Assembly (NCBI GenBank): GCA_000960865.2
Contig: JZWU02000002.1
Coordinates: forward strand, 1-64,000
DNA length: 64,000 nucleotides
DNA from: Vulcanisaeta sp. AZ3
GTDB taxonomy: Archaea; Thermoproteota; Thermoprotei; Thermoproteales; Thermocladiaceae
Direction: 5' to 3'
Notes under the pieces: model-generated
What the model was told of the DNA's origin: nothing
The model's input: the letters and a program-made list of their open reading frames with translations, nothing else
Databases searched by the model: none
Position numbers and translations under genes: made by a program
Part shown: piece by piece, positions 30,011-41,387 of the stretch
Numbering within the stretch: position 1 is the first letter of the stretch
Layout: each line of letters starts with the position of its first letter

Positions 30011-32358
30011 CCCTCAATGGCCCTCATGATTTTGTATGGTCGAAGTGGTAAATCTGTGATCGCCTTATTAATTATTGATGCCAAGGCATTAACAATGGCA
30101 GCTGGAACTCCCATCATAGCCCCCTCACCAATACCATGAGCCCCTGAAGGTAAGATTTTACTTGGCGTTTCAAAGTGAATAAACTCTACATCTATACCCA
30201 CAGCCTCGGCTAGAGTTGGCGTTTCATAAATATCGAGACTTGTCGTCATTGGGTTTCCTTGATCGTCATACATCAACTCCTCGTATAATGTGAGCGCAAG
30301 ACCATGCATTAAACCGCCCATTAATTGCCCATCGGCAAACTCCTTCTTAAGTATCCTGCCCGAGTCATGTGCAATTACGTACTTCCTAACCTTAATGTCG
30401 TACGTGTTAGGGTCAAGTTCAATAACAGCCAGTTGTGCTTGGATTGCATATGTGGCTGATGAGTTTATTTTATCACCCTCTGCAGCTTTAACTGTGGGTG
30501 GTTGATAAAAGACCGTGACATTAAGCGATGCATCAACACCCTCCGGAAATGATCCAGGATCCCAACTAACCGAGGATGCCAATCTCCTAATATCAACCTT
30601 CTTACTTGGATTATTCATATCGTAGAATTGCCCATTCTCAAAACCCACCTTCTCAGTACCGAGCACAGCCATGGCCAACCTAGTCAACTTCTCCCTCAAT
30701 TGCCTAGCCGCGAGTACTGCTGCACTAACAACTATTGGTGAGAAACGACTTGAGTAACTACCATCGGATAAAGCCCACACCTTTGTAGTGTCTATCCTAT
30801 TCTCAACAACCACCATTGATGGGTCAACCCCAAGCTCAGACGCCACAACCTCAGCAAGTGTGGTCTCATGGCCGAGGCCCTCATTGGTACCATTAACGAA
30901 AACCTTAATGAAACCGCTCATGTCAATACCTATCGTTACGTAGGAACCAGAACCAGAATGCGGGTACTTACGCTTACTCGGTTCTATGGCTAGGTCTGTG
31001 TAGCCTAAGTTTGTGCCGCTGGGTTCGGCGATTACCGAAATCCCTACACCAATGTATGGATTTTTATTATGTTCCTCAAGCCAGCGCCTATATTCAGGTT
31101 CGATAGCTCTAACAACCCTCTCATAATCCTGCTTTGGATAAAGCCCGCCGGTTATTGTTTCGTAGAAGTACTCATCACCAATCTTCTTCGGGAACTCTCT
31201 AATCAAATTCTTAATCCTTAATTCAAGCGGATCAATGCCTAATTCACGGGCTAACTCATTCACGGCAACTTCAAGCATGTAATAGAATGGCGGCCCTCCA
31301 TAAGCTCTATTAAGGCCTGTGGGTAATTTATTCGTCACAACGACATAATCCTCAACCTCAATGGCTCTAACATCATATGCACCATTCATATTACCATGAA
31401 CCCTAAATAAGACACCGGGATCCGGCGGTCTTGGGTATGCACCAACATCCTCATAGAAGGTATACCTAAGGCCTTTGATTATGCCGTCCTTTGTTGCTGC
31501 AACCTCAACAATGCCCTTCCTAGCTCCACCTGAGTTACTCCCAACTAGGTGTTCAGTCCTGGATTCAATCCACTTCACAGGACTTCCACTGAGTATTGAT
31601 GCGGCAGCTGCCAACGTGATGTAGGGATAAAGTGAGTATTTCGAGCCAAAACTGCCGCCAACATCCCTTGGCGAGAATAACTTAACGCTGCCTAGGGGGA
31701 TCCCTAATGCCCTACTAACGAAGTAAACTATCAACATAGGTCCTTGTGCATTAACCCATACGTTCAATTCACCACCAACATAATGAGTAAGCACACCGTA
31801 TGTCTCGAGAGGCATTGCATTATGCTTCTGGTAATTAAATTCCCTCTTAATGACTATTGGTGATTCAGAGAAGACCTTATCCACATTACCAAATTTCATA
31901 TGCCTATGCATAGCCACATTAGACCCAAGCTCCTCATGAACAAGAGAATCACCCCTCAATGCATCATCAAAAGTGAGCACAGGCTTGAGGGGCTCAAAAT
32001 CAACCTGCACATAATCAAGAAGATCAATTGCCTTGTACGGATCGTCAGCCAAAACAACGGCTATGGGCTCACCCACAAACCTAACCTTACCCCGAGCAAA
32101 TGGGTAATACTTAATCGGCGCATCCACGGCTAGAGGGAATGGGTTAGGTATTACTTTAGCCAGGTCATCAGGTCCGTATGCAATACCACCATGCTCAGTA
32201 ACCCCTGATAAATCAATCTTTAGGATTCGTGCATGGGCGTAGGGACTTCTATAAATTGCCATGTATAGAGTACCGGGAGGTACAGGGATATCATCAATAT
32301 ACTCACCAGAGCCCGTAACAGCTCTAAGCCCCTCTCTATAATGAGGTAACTTACTCAT
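30007..32358 (-). CDS. Xanthine dehydrogenase/CoxL-family molybdopterin-binding subunit (not form I CODH)
   Basis: [24 protein letters not shown] (lacks AYxCSFR), GIGEG. Confidence 0.9.
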   Translation of the reverse strand: MSKLPHYREGLRAVTGSGEYIDDIPVPPGTLYMAIYRSPYAHARILKIDLSGVTEHGGIAYGPDDLAKVIPNPFPLAVDAPIKYYPFARGKVRFVGEPIAVVLADDPYKAIDLLDYVQVDFEPLKPVLTFDDALRGDSLVHEELGSNVAMHRHMKFGNVDKVFSESPIVIKREFNYQKHNAMPLETYGVLTHYVGGELNVWVNAQGPMLIVYFVSRALGIPLGSVKLFSPRDVGGSFGSKYSLYPYITLAAAASILSGSPVKWIESRTEHLVGSNSGGARKGIVEVAATKDGIIKGLRYTFYEDVGAYPRPPDPGVLFRVHGNMNGAYDVRAIEVEDYVVVTNKLPTGLNRAYGGPPFYYMLEVAVNELARELGIDPLELRIKNLIREFPKKIGDEYFYETITGGLYPKQDYERVVRAIEPEYRRWLEEHNKNPYIGVGISVIAEPSGTNLGYTDLAIEPSKRKYPHSGSGSYVTIGIDMSGFIKVFVNGTNEGLGHETTLAEVVASELGVDPSMVVVENRIDTTKVWALSDGSYSSRFSPIVVSAAVLAARQLREKLTRLAMAVLGTEKVGFENGQFYDMNNPSKKVDIRRLASSVSWDPGSFPEGVDASLNVTVFYQPPTVKAAEGDKINSSATYAIQAQLAVIELDPNTYDIKVRKYVIAHDSGRILKKEFADGQLMGGLMHGLALTLYEELMYDDQGNPMTTSLDIYETPTLAEAVGIDVEFIHFETPSKILPSGAHGIGEGAMMGVPAAIVNALASIINKAITDLPLRPYKIMRAIEG

Positions 32359-32424
32359 TAATTTTATCTACCCTATATGGTTTTTAAATATTAAGCTTTA
32401 GATAAGTACTACTTAGTAATTTCA

Positions 32425-32985
32425 ATGAATCATGTAAGTATATTCATATATAGACTACCGCAGGACGACCCAAGGAAAAACACAGCCATAAAACTCGCTA
32501 AGCATGGCCTTGCGATACTCGTTAATAGCCTAAGAGAATTGCCAAGAGGCTCCATATTACTTGACCCAACGGCGAGGACCCCATTAACCCCCAACGATGT
32601 AGATACAGCCTTGAATAGAGGCATTTCCCTAATTGATTGCTCCTGGAAGAAGGCTTCTGAGGCACACCGTAGGCTTGCCCGGGGCGTGTTTGTTAGGAGA
32701 CGTTTGCCCCTCTTAATGGCTGTGAATCCTACGCATTATGGTAAGCCGTACATATTATCAACAATAGAGGCAGTGGCAGCTACACTATACATACTAGGCT
32801 TTAAGGAGGATGCTAATAATGTATTGAGTCTGTATAAGTGGGGGCCGAACTTCCTATCAGTAAACGGGAAGTACCTCGAGAGGTACTCAATGGGTGATTT
32901 ATTACCAGAGCGGGAGTTGCTGGGCATTGATGATGTATATTATGGATTGACCCAAATAATGAATGCATTATTAAGTACTGACTAA
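32425..32985 (+). CDS. tsr3: 16S rRNA aminocarboxypropyltransferase Tsr3 (DUF367)
   Basis: QDDPRKNTA.KL, IDCSW, RRLP.L.A.NP.HYG, LSTIEA, KWG..F. Confidence 0.92.
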   Translation: MNHVSIFIYRLPQDDPRKNTAIKLAKHGLAILVNSLRELPRGSILLDPTARTPLTPNDVDTALNRGISLIDCSWKKASEAHRRLARGVFVRRRLPLLMAVNPTHYGKPYILSTIEAVAATLYILGFKEDANNVLSLYKWGPNFLSVNGKYLERYSMGDLLPERELLGIDDVYYGLTQIMNALLSTD

Positions 32986-33669
32986 CTGCCTTGCATAATT
33001 ACAGTTACTGGCTAGAGTGCATTTTTCGCAGAGTGGTTTGTCTGGTAGGCAATACTTCTTCCCTATGGTTACTACGGATGCGTGGATAAGCTTATACGTA
33101 TAGAGATCCTTGGGTAGCAAACCCTCGAGGAACCTCTTCCACTCACCATAACTCCCACTAAAATTAATGCCCAATACCCTACTGAGGACACGCCTTGTGT
33201 ATTGAGAGATGGGGAGGGAGGGGATGTTTAGGGCGAAGAGCATTATTGAGTCTGCAGTCTCTTCACCAACACCATCCTGGCTCAATAAAAACTCTCTAAC
33301 ATCATCCCTACCCCTCAAAGCCTCTAAACCACCAATGCTAGTTATGTTTCTAGCAAGTTTTACAAGCCTAACAGCCTTAGTGAACCTATAATTAACACCC
33401 TTAATTAACTCGGCAAGCTCCTCAGGCTTCACCTCAGCAATCCTATCAAGCCTATTGAGGCCAAGAGCTCTAAGTCTACCTAAGACCTCACCAACGACCT
33501 CCCACCGAGTCTGCTGAACTAGTATCGCCGTTATGAAAACCTCATCAGGCGACTCAGCCCCACCCCACCACCTACTCGACTTAGGATCATCAACGAACCA
33601 ACCAGTCTCCCTAAGCTCCTCAACCAAGCTGCTAAACACATTAAGAAGTCTCTTAACAACCTCATTCAT
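32971..33669 (-). CDS. Endonuclease III-like HhH-GPD protein
   Basis: AILVQQT, GVG.ETADSI, C-terminal CLPDKPLCEKC...C Fe-S motif. Confidence 0.85.
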   Translation of the reverse strand: MNEVVKRLLNVFSSLVEELRETGWFVDDPKSSRWWGGAESPDEVFITAILVQQTRWEVVGEVLGRLRALGLNRLDRIAEVKPEELAELIKGVNYRFTKAVRLVKLARNITSIGGLEALRGRDDVREFLLSQDGVGEETADSIMLFALNIPSLPISQYTRRVLSRVLGINFSGSYGEWKRFLEGLLPKDLYTYKLIHASVVTIGKKYCLPDKPLCEKCTLASNCNYARQLVST

Positions 33670-33721
33670 AACCTGGACACCTAAAGTAAGCTTATTAAAT
33701 TAAGGATTTACCTGAGAGGCA

Positions 33722-33958
33722 ATGAGCGAGAGAGGTGGTAGGAGAGTAAGTAGGAGGTCGCCCCTGCCTGGGTATAAGGCTTGTAGGAATTGTAAAGCCG
33801 TAATTCCCGAGGAAGCAGAAAGATGCCCCGTATGCGGTGGGACAGACTTCACTAAGGATTGGATTGGGTTAGTAATAATACTTAAGCCTGAGGAGTCCTG
33901 CATAGCCAAGAGGCTTGGCATCACTAAGGCTGGTATGTACGCCATAGAGGTCATTTAA
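33722..33958 (+). CDS. spt4: Transcription elongation factor Spt4 (RpoE'')
   Basis: KACRNC...CPVCG...W.G.VII..PE.S.IAK.LGI...G.YA. Confidence 0.95.
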   Translation: MSERGGRRVSRRSPLPGYKACRNCKAVIPEEAERCPVCGGTDFTKDWIGLVIILKPEESCIAKRLGITKAGMYAIEVI

Positions 33959-33997
33959 TTTAATATTTATTAAGGGGTGTGTCCTGCGAATCCTTGA

Positions 33998-34396
33998 ATG
34001 TCCATACCAATGCCAAAATTACCCGAGGGAGTAGAGGTTGGTAAAGTAATAACTAGGTTAGTCAATATTAAGGAGAATAAGGTTATTGGGCGTAAGGAGG
34101 TTACCGTGGAGGTTTGGCACGTGGGATTACCAACACCAGGTAGATTACAATTACGTGAGGAGATTGCCAAGGCTCTCGGCGTTGATGTTAAGCAGGTCTA
34201 CGTGATTAGAGTACTCACGGATTACGGTAGGCATAGAAGTACCGTGGAGGCCCACGTATATGATGACCCAAATGCCGGTGAGAGAATCGAACCACTCTAC
34301 GTGAAGCTCAGGAACATGCCTAGGGAGGAGGCTAAGAAGATACGTGAAGAGATGAGGAAGAAGAGAGGCGAGAAGAAAGGCGCAGCTAAGAAGTAA
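33998..34396 (+). CDS. rps24e: 30S ribosomal protein S24e
   Basis: ENKVIGRKEV, H...PTP.R, T.YG, AHVY, IEP.Y. Confidence 0.92.
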   Translation: MSIPMPKLPEGVEVGKVITRLVNIKENKVIGRKEVTVEVWHVGLPTPGRLQLREEIAKALGVDVKQVYVIRVLTDYGRHRSTVEAHVYDDPNAGERIEPLYVKLRNMPREEAKKIREEMRKKRGEKKGAAKK

Positions 34397-34445
34397 TACA
34401 AATTACAAGCATAATTTTACAGCAACACTTGTTGAATTTATAGGT

Positions 34446-35150
34446 TTGCCAAGTATATATTTATTAAGGGTGATTTCCCTTGTAAATTATGTGGATTTTA
34501 GAGATATTCCAATTAATGAATGCCCAATTAAATACCTGGACACATTACACTTGATATTACTCATACTATATAGAAGGGCCAAGCTCTGTAGTAGCTTAGA
34601 TCTCAAATGCCTAGATCTACCAATACTTGCAACAACACCATTAGTTGCTAAGAATTGCGATAGGGATGATGTTTACAAATTCTTTAGGCGCATGAGAAGG
34701 ATTGTGGAGAAGATGGGTGATGAGATTGAAATATTTAGATTTGGCAAATTAAGTGCGTACTTATCCATAGTATTTAAGACAGCCACTATTAAGGTCCATA
34801 ATACATTCATTGTGAACGATGAGGATTGTAAAAAGGTGAATTGTGTCACGGTGAATAATGTTACAACACTGAACATGAGATTAATCGTTAAACTAAGTAA
34901 TGAGAACCTCGTAATTCTGAATATACCAGACGCTGTGATTTGGTTGAGCAAAATGTATGGCTTTGATGTAACATATGGCATATTAAAGTTAATTCATGAC
35001 TATATAGAGACTGGTACATTTAATGATGAGATTGATGAGTTAATAGAAATAGTTAGGAGGTGGGGTATTAATATTGATAGGGAGTCTTTCATAAGGTCAA
35101 CCTTACCAGGTAAAAGGAACCTGGAACATTTAAGGGAAATCAAGGTATAG
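34446..35150 (+). CDS. Hypothetical protein (start uncertain)
   Basis: Long ORF downstream of rps24e; no recognised motif. Confidence 0.6.
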   Translation: MPSIYLLRVISLVNYVDFRDIPINECPIKYLDTLHLILLILYRRAKLCSSLDLKCLDLPILATTPLVAKNCDRDDVYKFFRRMRRIVEKMGDEIEIFRFGKLSAYLSIVFKTATIKVHNTFIVNDEDCKKVNCVTVNNVTTLNMRLIVKLSNENLVILNIPDAVIWLSKMYGFDVTYGILKLIHDYIETGTFNDEIDELIEIVRRWGINIDRESFIRSTLPGKRNLEHLREIKV

Positions 35151-35598
35151 GCACCTCCTGTATTTGCAAATTTACCACCAACTGGAATAGAAGCGCTGGC
35201 ACCTTTAGGATTATAATCATAATGAGCTTTCCTCTCAGTGAAACAAGGCTTAAAGGCATCTCCTAGCGCCTTACTAATTGAAGAGGTATCCATAACGCCA
35301 ATTTGGCACGTAGAAACACCGTACAGCTATACCGCACGCCATAGGAATGGCATAACGCCATTAGTAATAAATCGAATTTATATAATTAATGGCTTATAAC
35401 AATGATTTCTAATGTGGCATCTGCAAGTAGACCTCTCTATAATGCATCCTGGAGTCCCCAGAGGCTACAGAATGAGGAAGATTCTCCCGCTCGGGGATGT
35501 GGCTTAAGATTCGCTCCACGGCCCTACTGCTGGACAAATAGGCACTAAATTTTTAGAAAAAAGTGAAGTTTCAAAAGAGATTTTATACAAATGTTTAT

Positions 35599-35943
35599 TT
35601 ACGGAGGCGGCACGTATTCCTTCTCCCTCTGCGCTTGCTCTTTAATCCTTTCAATATTCTTCAAGATCTCCTCGAGAGCCTCCTTAACAGCACCTCTATT
35701 TTTCACCAATGCGTCGAAGAGGGCCCTTTTGAAGGACACAGGGAGGTCCTCTAGGTAACCTCTTGCGTCTATCCTGGCTGAGGGGAAGGCCTCGAGTATC
35801 TTCTTAGCAGTTACGTCGTCCACCTCTATATCTAGCATTCTTAGTTCGCCGGCGAACATAGACTTAAGCGAAGACGCTAGCGACAGATCCTTTATCGCCT
35901 CGAAACGCCTATCATCTATTACGAGGCCTATTTTGTACGTCAT
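35599..35943 (-). CDS. Conserved sat-associated hypothetical protein
   Basis: Coupled to the sat stop (ATGA); ARIDARGYLEDLP motif. Confidence 0.7.
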   Translation of the reverse strand: MTYKIGLVIDDRRFEAIKDLSLASSLKSMFAGELRMLDIEVDDVTAKKILEAFPSARIDARGYLEDLPVSFKRALFDALVKNRGAVKEALEEILKNIERIKEQAQREKEYVPPP

Positions 35944-37299
35944 AGTCTCACCTCAAGCTCCTCCTCTTTAAGTTTTAAGTATTTTTCAGTCACGAAGGGA
36001 TAGCCGTACACCCGCCACCATTTAACAATAACCTCATAAACCTCCGGCCTCATAACTAACTTAGGAGGCCTCAGGCCTTCAATAAGTATGCCTCGGAGGA
36101 AAGAGCCGGAGATCCTCTCCGGCGTGTGGTTGCAGAGAGGCCGCTCCTTCACATCGCCATAAGACATGCCTAGGTAGGTGTACTCGCCGCACTTAGGGCA
36201 ATACGCCAGCTCGCCCATATTGACGGGCTCTATCTTAAGCCCCTTATCTACTTCATTTGGTGGGGCGTTTATGCCATAGCTAGGCAAGCCTCTAGTCCAC
36301 AGGTATTGCGTGGCGTATGGGTCGTAATATTCACCGACAGCGGCGTGGTCGCGGCCGAACATGTGATGCGTCGGCCCCCATGTTCTGTCGAATAATGCCG
36401 TGCAAAATAGACTCAAGAGGATTGCCGTACCTCATATCCCACAGCGTCATGGTGACCACATGCCTATCCGGGTGGAAATAGCCGGCTTTGTTAAGTGCCT
36501 CGTGGCCTTCCAATATGGCCTCGTCCACGTAATCGCCGGGCCTCTTAGCGCCGATTATGGCGTTGACGAGGACGGCGTCGCCAGGCCTATTGCCACCGCA
36601 TACGAATAAGGCACGTTTCATAAGCATTTCGTGGCCCATATGTGGAACATTACGCGTTTGGTGCGCTACAACTATCTTCCAGCCCTTACTCTCAATGTAC
36701 TTCCGCGAAGCCGCAGGAGGCATCCAGAAGCGGTCATAAGGCTCCTTAAACCTAGGCGGATTCACTATAGTCACCTTCCCAGCTATGGCCATGGGCTTCA
36801 TAGAGCGATAGATAAGCCAGCCAGGGTGCTTCTCGTCAAAGCGCACCCTCACAACTTCACGGTTCTTCTCCGGCGTTCCGAAAGTCGCATCGGCCAACTC
36901 CTTCCTATCACCGAGATTCCAAATCTCCTCTACCTTTAACACAGCGAGTGGCCTCCCCTTAAGCGTTAGTAATAGGTCATCCCCTACCTTGACGCCAGCG
37001 GCCTTGATCTCGTCCTCCGTGACGTCGTAGATTATGGGGAATGGGAAAAGCCACCCACTTAAAAGACGTCTCTCCTTAAGCACCGACTCTACCTCATTCC
37101 TCGTCATGAAGCCCTCCAACGGACTGAAGAAGCCATATGCAATAGACATTATTTCTCTATATGGATTCCTAATCGGTGAGCCGTCGGGGCCCAGGGTAGG
37201 CTTTATCTCGAGCCTAGTTTTAATCTCCCAAAACGACTTAGCCTTATCTATATCCTCAATCACATTATAAACTAGCCTACCTCCATGAGGCTCATGCAC
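35940..37299 (-). CDS. sat: Sulfate adenylyltransferase, apparent 1-nt frameshift at 36373-36379 (about 452 aa joined)
   Basis: PHGG.L, FSPLEGFM, QTRNVPH.GHE. Removing one base gives RQNMG(A/P)THHMFGRDHA. Confidence 0.93.
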
Positions 37300-37499
37300 A
37301 GGATACGGTCTATGGAATTAATTTAAAATTTATTAACAAATAATGGGAACATCTATTAATAAATGTTATTCACAATATTGATGCCTACCTCCGTTGTGAA
37401 TAATACAATCCTTATTAACTTGTCCAAGGACTTTCTTGCAGTAAACCTCGTAGAGCCCACCGACTCTCTATACCTACTCCTACACCCATCGGTCTCCAC

Positions 37500-37723
37500 G
37501 TGGTTTTACATACCCGAGTCCCTATGCTAGCGGCCTCTCCTGCCCAAGGAATAAGGCAATTAAGCCTAAGGCTTACCCTACGACCCATCACTGGGTAAGC
37601 GAAGTGAGGGTGAGCGATACTGACGACGCTACTCACTGGCTATAAAGCCGTGAGGATGAAGGCTGTGTACTACAAACCAACGAACCACCTAAAGAAAACC
37701 CTTTAGGGTGGGAAAAAAGTCAG
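37500..37723 (+). mobile_element. Degenerate IS200/IS605 (tnpB) 3' end / right-end relic
   Basis: ...CCCGAGTCCC...GATGAAGGCTGTG...AAACC...ACCCTTTAGGGTGGG...GTCAG resembles crenarchaeal IS605 right ends recalled as 'CCCTTTAGGGCGGGGAGGAGGTCAG'; no intact ORF. Confidence 0.6.
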
Positions 37724-38043
37724 CCTTAAAGATCTAAGGCGGCCGTTTCTCCCAAGGCCAGTGAAGGGGTATTTTGCGCATTGGTGGTGGCGCTAAATAG
37801 AAGACTCATTACTTGACGACTGACACACGTCGATAAAGAAAGCATAAAGCTCTTTATAGACGTTAAAGCGTCTAGCCAGTGCCGCGATAGCGAGAAAGCA
37901 TCGAGTAATACCAACGCAAACGAGAAGAAATTAAGGCGGCAGAGGTAAGCTATCGCAAAACTATTTCTATCTCTACTTTACACTAGACAAGATATAGAAA
38001 AATATTTTAATATTTTAATTTAGTGGTTATTTGGAATTATTTA

Positions 38044-39918
38044 TTATGGTATTATATGTATTACTGGGCTAGTGCGGAAACTCCATTGGCCAGTCTTCGG
38101 GTCTCTTCTTACATGTGTGAAGACGTGCCAATTCTCCTCATCAATGTATGGATAATCGGCGTTTAAGTAATAGCCCCTGCTCTCCTTCCTATTCATCATC
38201 GAGTAAACAAGGGCCTGCCCAGCAATTAGACGGTGATAGACTTCCCACACCCTTAACAACTCGTGGAGGTTCGCCGCAGCGGCGTATCTAAAGTCCTCCT
38301 CAAGCATGTGCAGCAGCTCCCAACCGCGGTTAAGGAGGTAGGTGTTAGTGACATAGAACATACCCCAGCCGGCTGCGTACTCATCCATAGTCTTTTGTAG
38401 GCGGACAAGCAACTGGTACCAATTCAAGTAATTGGGGTGAACCTCAAACCAATTAGTCATCGGAAGAGGCATTGTGGGCGTCGTCGTTAGCAGCCTATTC
38501 TTGTGGTACCACTCAAGAGGCCTATATACAATCTCCTTATAACGCTCAATAGTATCATTGCTTATAGTCGGCACATAATCCTTAGCTACGGTGAGCACAT
38601 ACCTAGCAGCGGCCTTGCCTGCGATGCGGCCTTCCGCAAATGAACCGGAACTGAACTTATGACCAGATGCTCCCACTGTATCACCGCCGCCGAACAAGCC
38701 CTCAACAGTCAACATACGGTTGGGACCCCACTTATACTCAGGAGGAGCGATGTCAGGAGGGCCAGAAGCCCACATACCCGCCGAGGAGGCATGGGAGCCT
38801 ATTATATACGGCTCCGTTGTCATAAGCTCGGCAGGACCCTTGTCTGGGTGTAGGTTCTGCGAGGCCCATACGAGGGCTTGACTAGGAGTCATATCGAGAT
38901 AATCTTCGAATAGTAGCTTAAAGGACTCCATATCACGAAGCCTTTCCTGAGTCTGCATAAGGTCGGGTCCACGGCCATTCTTGAGATTATTAATTGTAAC
39001 CCAGGCACGAATCGGCGTAGGCGTCGGTCTCGCATAGGCGTAGTCGTGGAAGATCTTCGACAGCTCCGCCTTGGCCTCGTCGGGCAAGGGTTCCCACTGC
39101 TGACCCTTGACATCAGTGCTCCTCATCTTTAAGAGTAGGTATGGGTAGCCGACAGGGCCATAGCCGTCCTTAAATCTTACGACAACGTGTCTAAACTCAA
39201 AATTCACTGTTTCAGCTCCCGCTAGTATTGGGATTGCGTAGGCTGAGCCAGAGGCCCACGTCGGATACCACGACCTCCCGAGGCCCTCGCCAGTGCTCCT
39301 AGGCCTATAGAGTTGTGAAGCACCGCCCGCAGTAACTATTACTGCTTTAGCTTTAAAGACGTAGAAAGTCCCATCTCTAACGTTAAAGCCGACAACGCCC
39401 GCAATCCTATTAGGCTTGCTCTCATCAAGCAATGGATGCGTCACCATAACTCTCTCATAAACCTCATCGGCGGACTTCCTACAAGGCTCCGCTATGATGG
39501 CCTTATATGACTCACCATGAATTGAGGTCTGCCAACGACCACTTCTCTCGTACTTACCTGTCTTCGGGTCACGCCATAGTGGTAGACCCCACTCATCGAA
39601 TAATTTAACCGTAGACGTCATATGACGAGCAATATCATAAATTAAGTCCTCCCTAACTACCCCTAACAAGTCATTGCGAACGTAATTTACAAAATCCTCT
39701 GGCTTGGGGTCAGCAGGGTCTGCAGTAAATACGCTGAGATTAATAGCCGATAAGCCCATACCTACTGCTCCACTCTTCTCTAAATTCGCCTTTTCTACTA
39801 GCGTGACTTTACATTTATTACGACACCAATACTTAGCCTCAAAGACAGCACCACAACCGGCCATCCCACCGCCAACCACTAGAATGTCTGTATTAACGAT
39901 CTTCATAGGGAAGTTCAT
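38044..39918 (-). CDS. aprA: Adenylylsulfate reductase alpha subunit
   Basis: VGGGMAGCG, SGAVGMGLSAIN, GESYK, RFKDGYGPVG, HKFSSGS..EGR. Confidence 0.96.
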   Translation of the reverse strand: MNFPMKIVNTDILVVGGGMAGCGAVFEAKYWCRNKCKVTLVEKANLEKSGAVGMGLSAINLSVFTADPADPKPEDFVNYVRNDLLGVVREDLIYDIARHMTSTVKLFDEWGLPLWRDPKTGKYERSGRWQTSIHGESYKAIIAEPCRKSADEVYERVMVTHPLLDESKPNRIAGVVGFNVRDGTFYVFKAKAVIVTAGGASQLYRPRSTGEGLGRSWYPTWASGSAYAIPILAGAETVNFEFRHVVVRFKDGYGPVGYPYLLLKMRSTDVKGQQWEPLPDEAKAELSKIFHDYAYARPTPTPIRAWVTINNLKNGRGPDLMQTQERLRDMESFKLLFEDYLDMTPSQALVWASQNLHPDKGPAELMTTEPYIIGSHASSAGMWASGPPDIAPPEYKWGPNRMLTVEGLFGGGDTVGASGHKFSSGSFAEGRIAGKAAARYVLTVAKDYVPTISNDTIERYKEIVYRPLEWYHKNRLLTTTPTMPLPMTNWFEVHPNYLNWYQLLVRLQKTMDEYAAGWGMFYVTNTYLLNRGWELLHMLEEDFRYAAAANLHELLRVWEVYHRLIAGQALVYSMMNRKESRGYYLNADYPYIDEENWHVFTHVRRDPKTGQWSFRTSPVIHIIP

Positions 39919-39922
39919 GCTC

Positions 39923-40405
39923 TCACCTCACACCCCTAGCCTTTATTAAACTCCCCACGATTCTTACGGTTTGTTTAGGCCTCGGTAGTTCAGGAAAGCC
40001 TAGGTACTCTGGATTATCCTCCATAGCTAATAACTCAGAATCTAGGTCTTCACGTAGTGGTATGTCTAGGGCGCCGCGGGCGCTGCCCCAAGGCGTAGTT
40101 CTAATTGGTGATGCGAATTCGTAAATAGTGCCGTCGCGGTACATAATACGCCAGTAAATAATATTCTTCTTTGTATCTCTAATAATGCCAACTCTCATAC
40201 CTAGAGGCGCAAACTCTGCATAGGTTCTAACATCAACAGCGTGTTCGGGGCAATACTTGATGCAATTCAAACACTCAGCACAAGAGACTGGGTCTACATT
40301 ATAGGCCCTCCTTGTCTTTGGGTCATATTGCATATTATCTGCCGGACATATATCGACACACTTTCCACAGCCTTTACATAACGACGTATACACAAACGTA
40401 GGCAT
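39923..40405 (-). CDS. aprB: Adenylylsulfate reductase beta subunit
   Basis: MPTFV, two ferredoxin Cys motifs, FASPIRTTPWG. Confidence 0.95.
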   Translation of the reverse strand: MPTFVYTSLCKGCGKCVDICPADNMQYDPKTRRAYNVDPVSCAECLNCIKYCPEHAVDVRTYAEFAPLGMRVGIIRDTKKNIIYWRIMYRDGTIYEFASPIRTTPWGSARGALDIPLREDLDSELLAMEDNPEYLGFPELPRPKQTVRIVGSLIKARGVR

Positions 40406-40493
40406 GTTATAACGCAAAATGCTCGTTCTATTTAAAAAAATTATTACAAATTCCTGTGTAATAAAAGATTTTAAAATCCAGGAAATTGCCTTG

Positions 40494-41387
40494 ATGATGA
40501 TTGTATATCAATGTGGAATATATACATGTATAAAAAGCCCGGTTGACTGGCACTTAATCGATGCCTTGGCTATAATCACGGTTATATGGATAATTGCCAC
40601 TTTTATTTATAAGGGCATCAAGCAATATAAGGTCTTTAATTACCCCCAGATGTATGCGATGATACCATACCCCGAGTGGGACAATAAGTTGTTGGGGAAG
40701 TCTAATGTGGGTGCTGGGCGTTTAATTGCTGGTTTCTTCAAGACTCTCTTCGTCGATGCATTAACAATGGCGGTTCTCGGTTGTGAGTTTGGGGAGAGTT
40801 ATGCCGAGATTGTTAGGACAAAAACGGTAAAGAGAGCGGCTAAGTTATTGATTGTCTGGGGTTTCATATTTGCTGGTCTCTCTACTATAATTGCTTATGT
40901 AACATTCCCCTATAACTATATAATACTAAATATTACAAACCCAGCTAGAATATTAGGCATGCTGGGCGGTCTTTTCATAATCATAGGAGCTGCAATATGG
41001 CTTTCTGTTAGGTATAAAGAGGTGAATTACAAGGGTGTTTTTGACTTCATTGGCGCTGATTATTTACCTGTCATGGTACTCCTCATTGGGATAAGCGGCT
41101 TCATACTACAAGGAGCCATACTAGCCTATGCAACTTACGGCACAACCCTCCCTGTAGAAGCTTTCCTTTGGACCGCAATACACTTCCATGCAATAACAGT
41201 TGCGGCCTTCTTCTGGCTATTCTTCTGGACAAACGCAGACCACATAATATATATGTTCTTCTGGAGAACGTATTACCACGCCTATGAGGGGTTACCAAAC
41301 ATCACGACGAAATTACCGCAAGAAACGCTCCACCCACTAAATAGGACAGGAAAAGAAATACAAGGAGGATATAAATACAGTAAGTAA
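40494..41387 (+). CDS. AprM-like membrane anchor, divergent from aprBA
   Basis: About 5 TM helices; KRAAKLLIVWGF resembles the AprM/QmoC R..HLL..(Y/W)GF motif; adjacent to aprB. Confidence 0.6.
   Translation: MMIVYQCGIYTCIKSPVDWHLIDALAIITVIWIIATFIYKGIKQYKVFNYPQMYAMIPYPEWDNKLLGKSNVGAGRLIAGFFKTLFVDALTMAVLGCEFGESYAEIVRTKTVKRAAKLLIVWGFIFAGLSTIIAYVTFPYNYIILNITNPARILGMLGGLFIIIGAAIWLSVRYKEVNYKGVFDFIGADYLPVMVLLIGISGFILQGAILAYATYGTTLPVEAFLWTAIHFHAITVAAFFWLFFWTNADHIIYMFFWRTYYHAYEGLPNITTKLPQETLHPLNRTGKEIQGGYKYSK

Noticed and set aside
30007-32358. Aerobic CO dehydrogenase call
   Set aside because: Lacks the form I AYxCSFR motif.
35151-35560. Possible IS end or gene relic after 35150
   Set aside because: Only a vague GC-rich patch; no convincing motif or terminal repeat.
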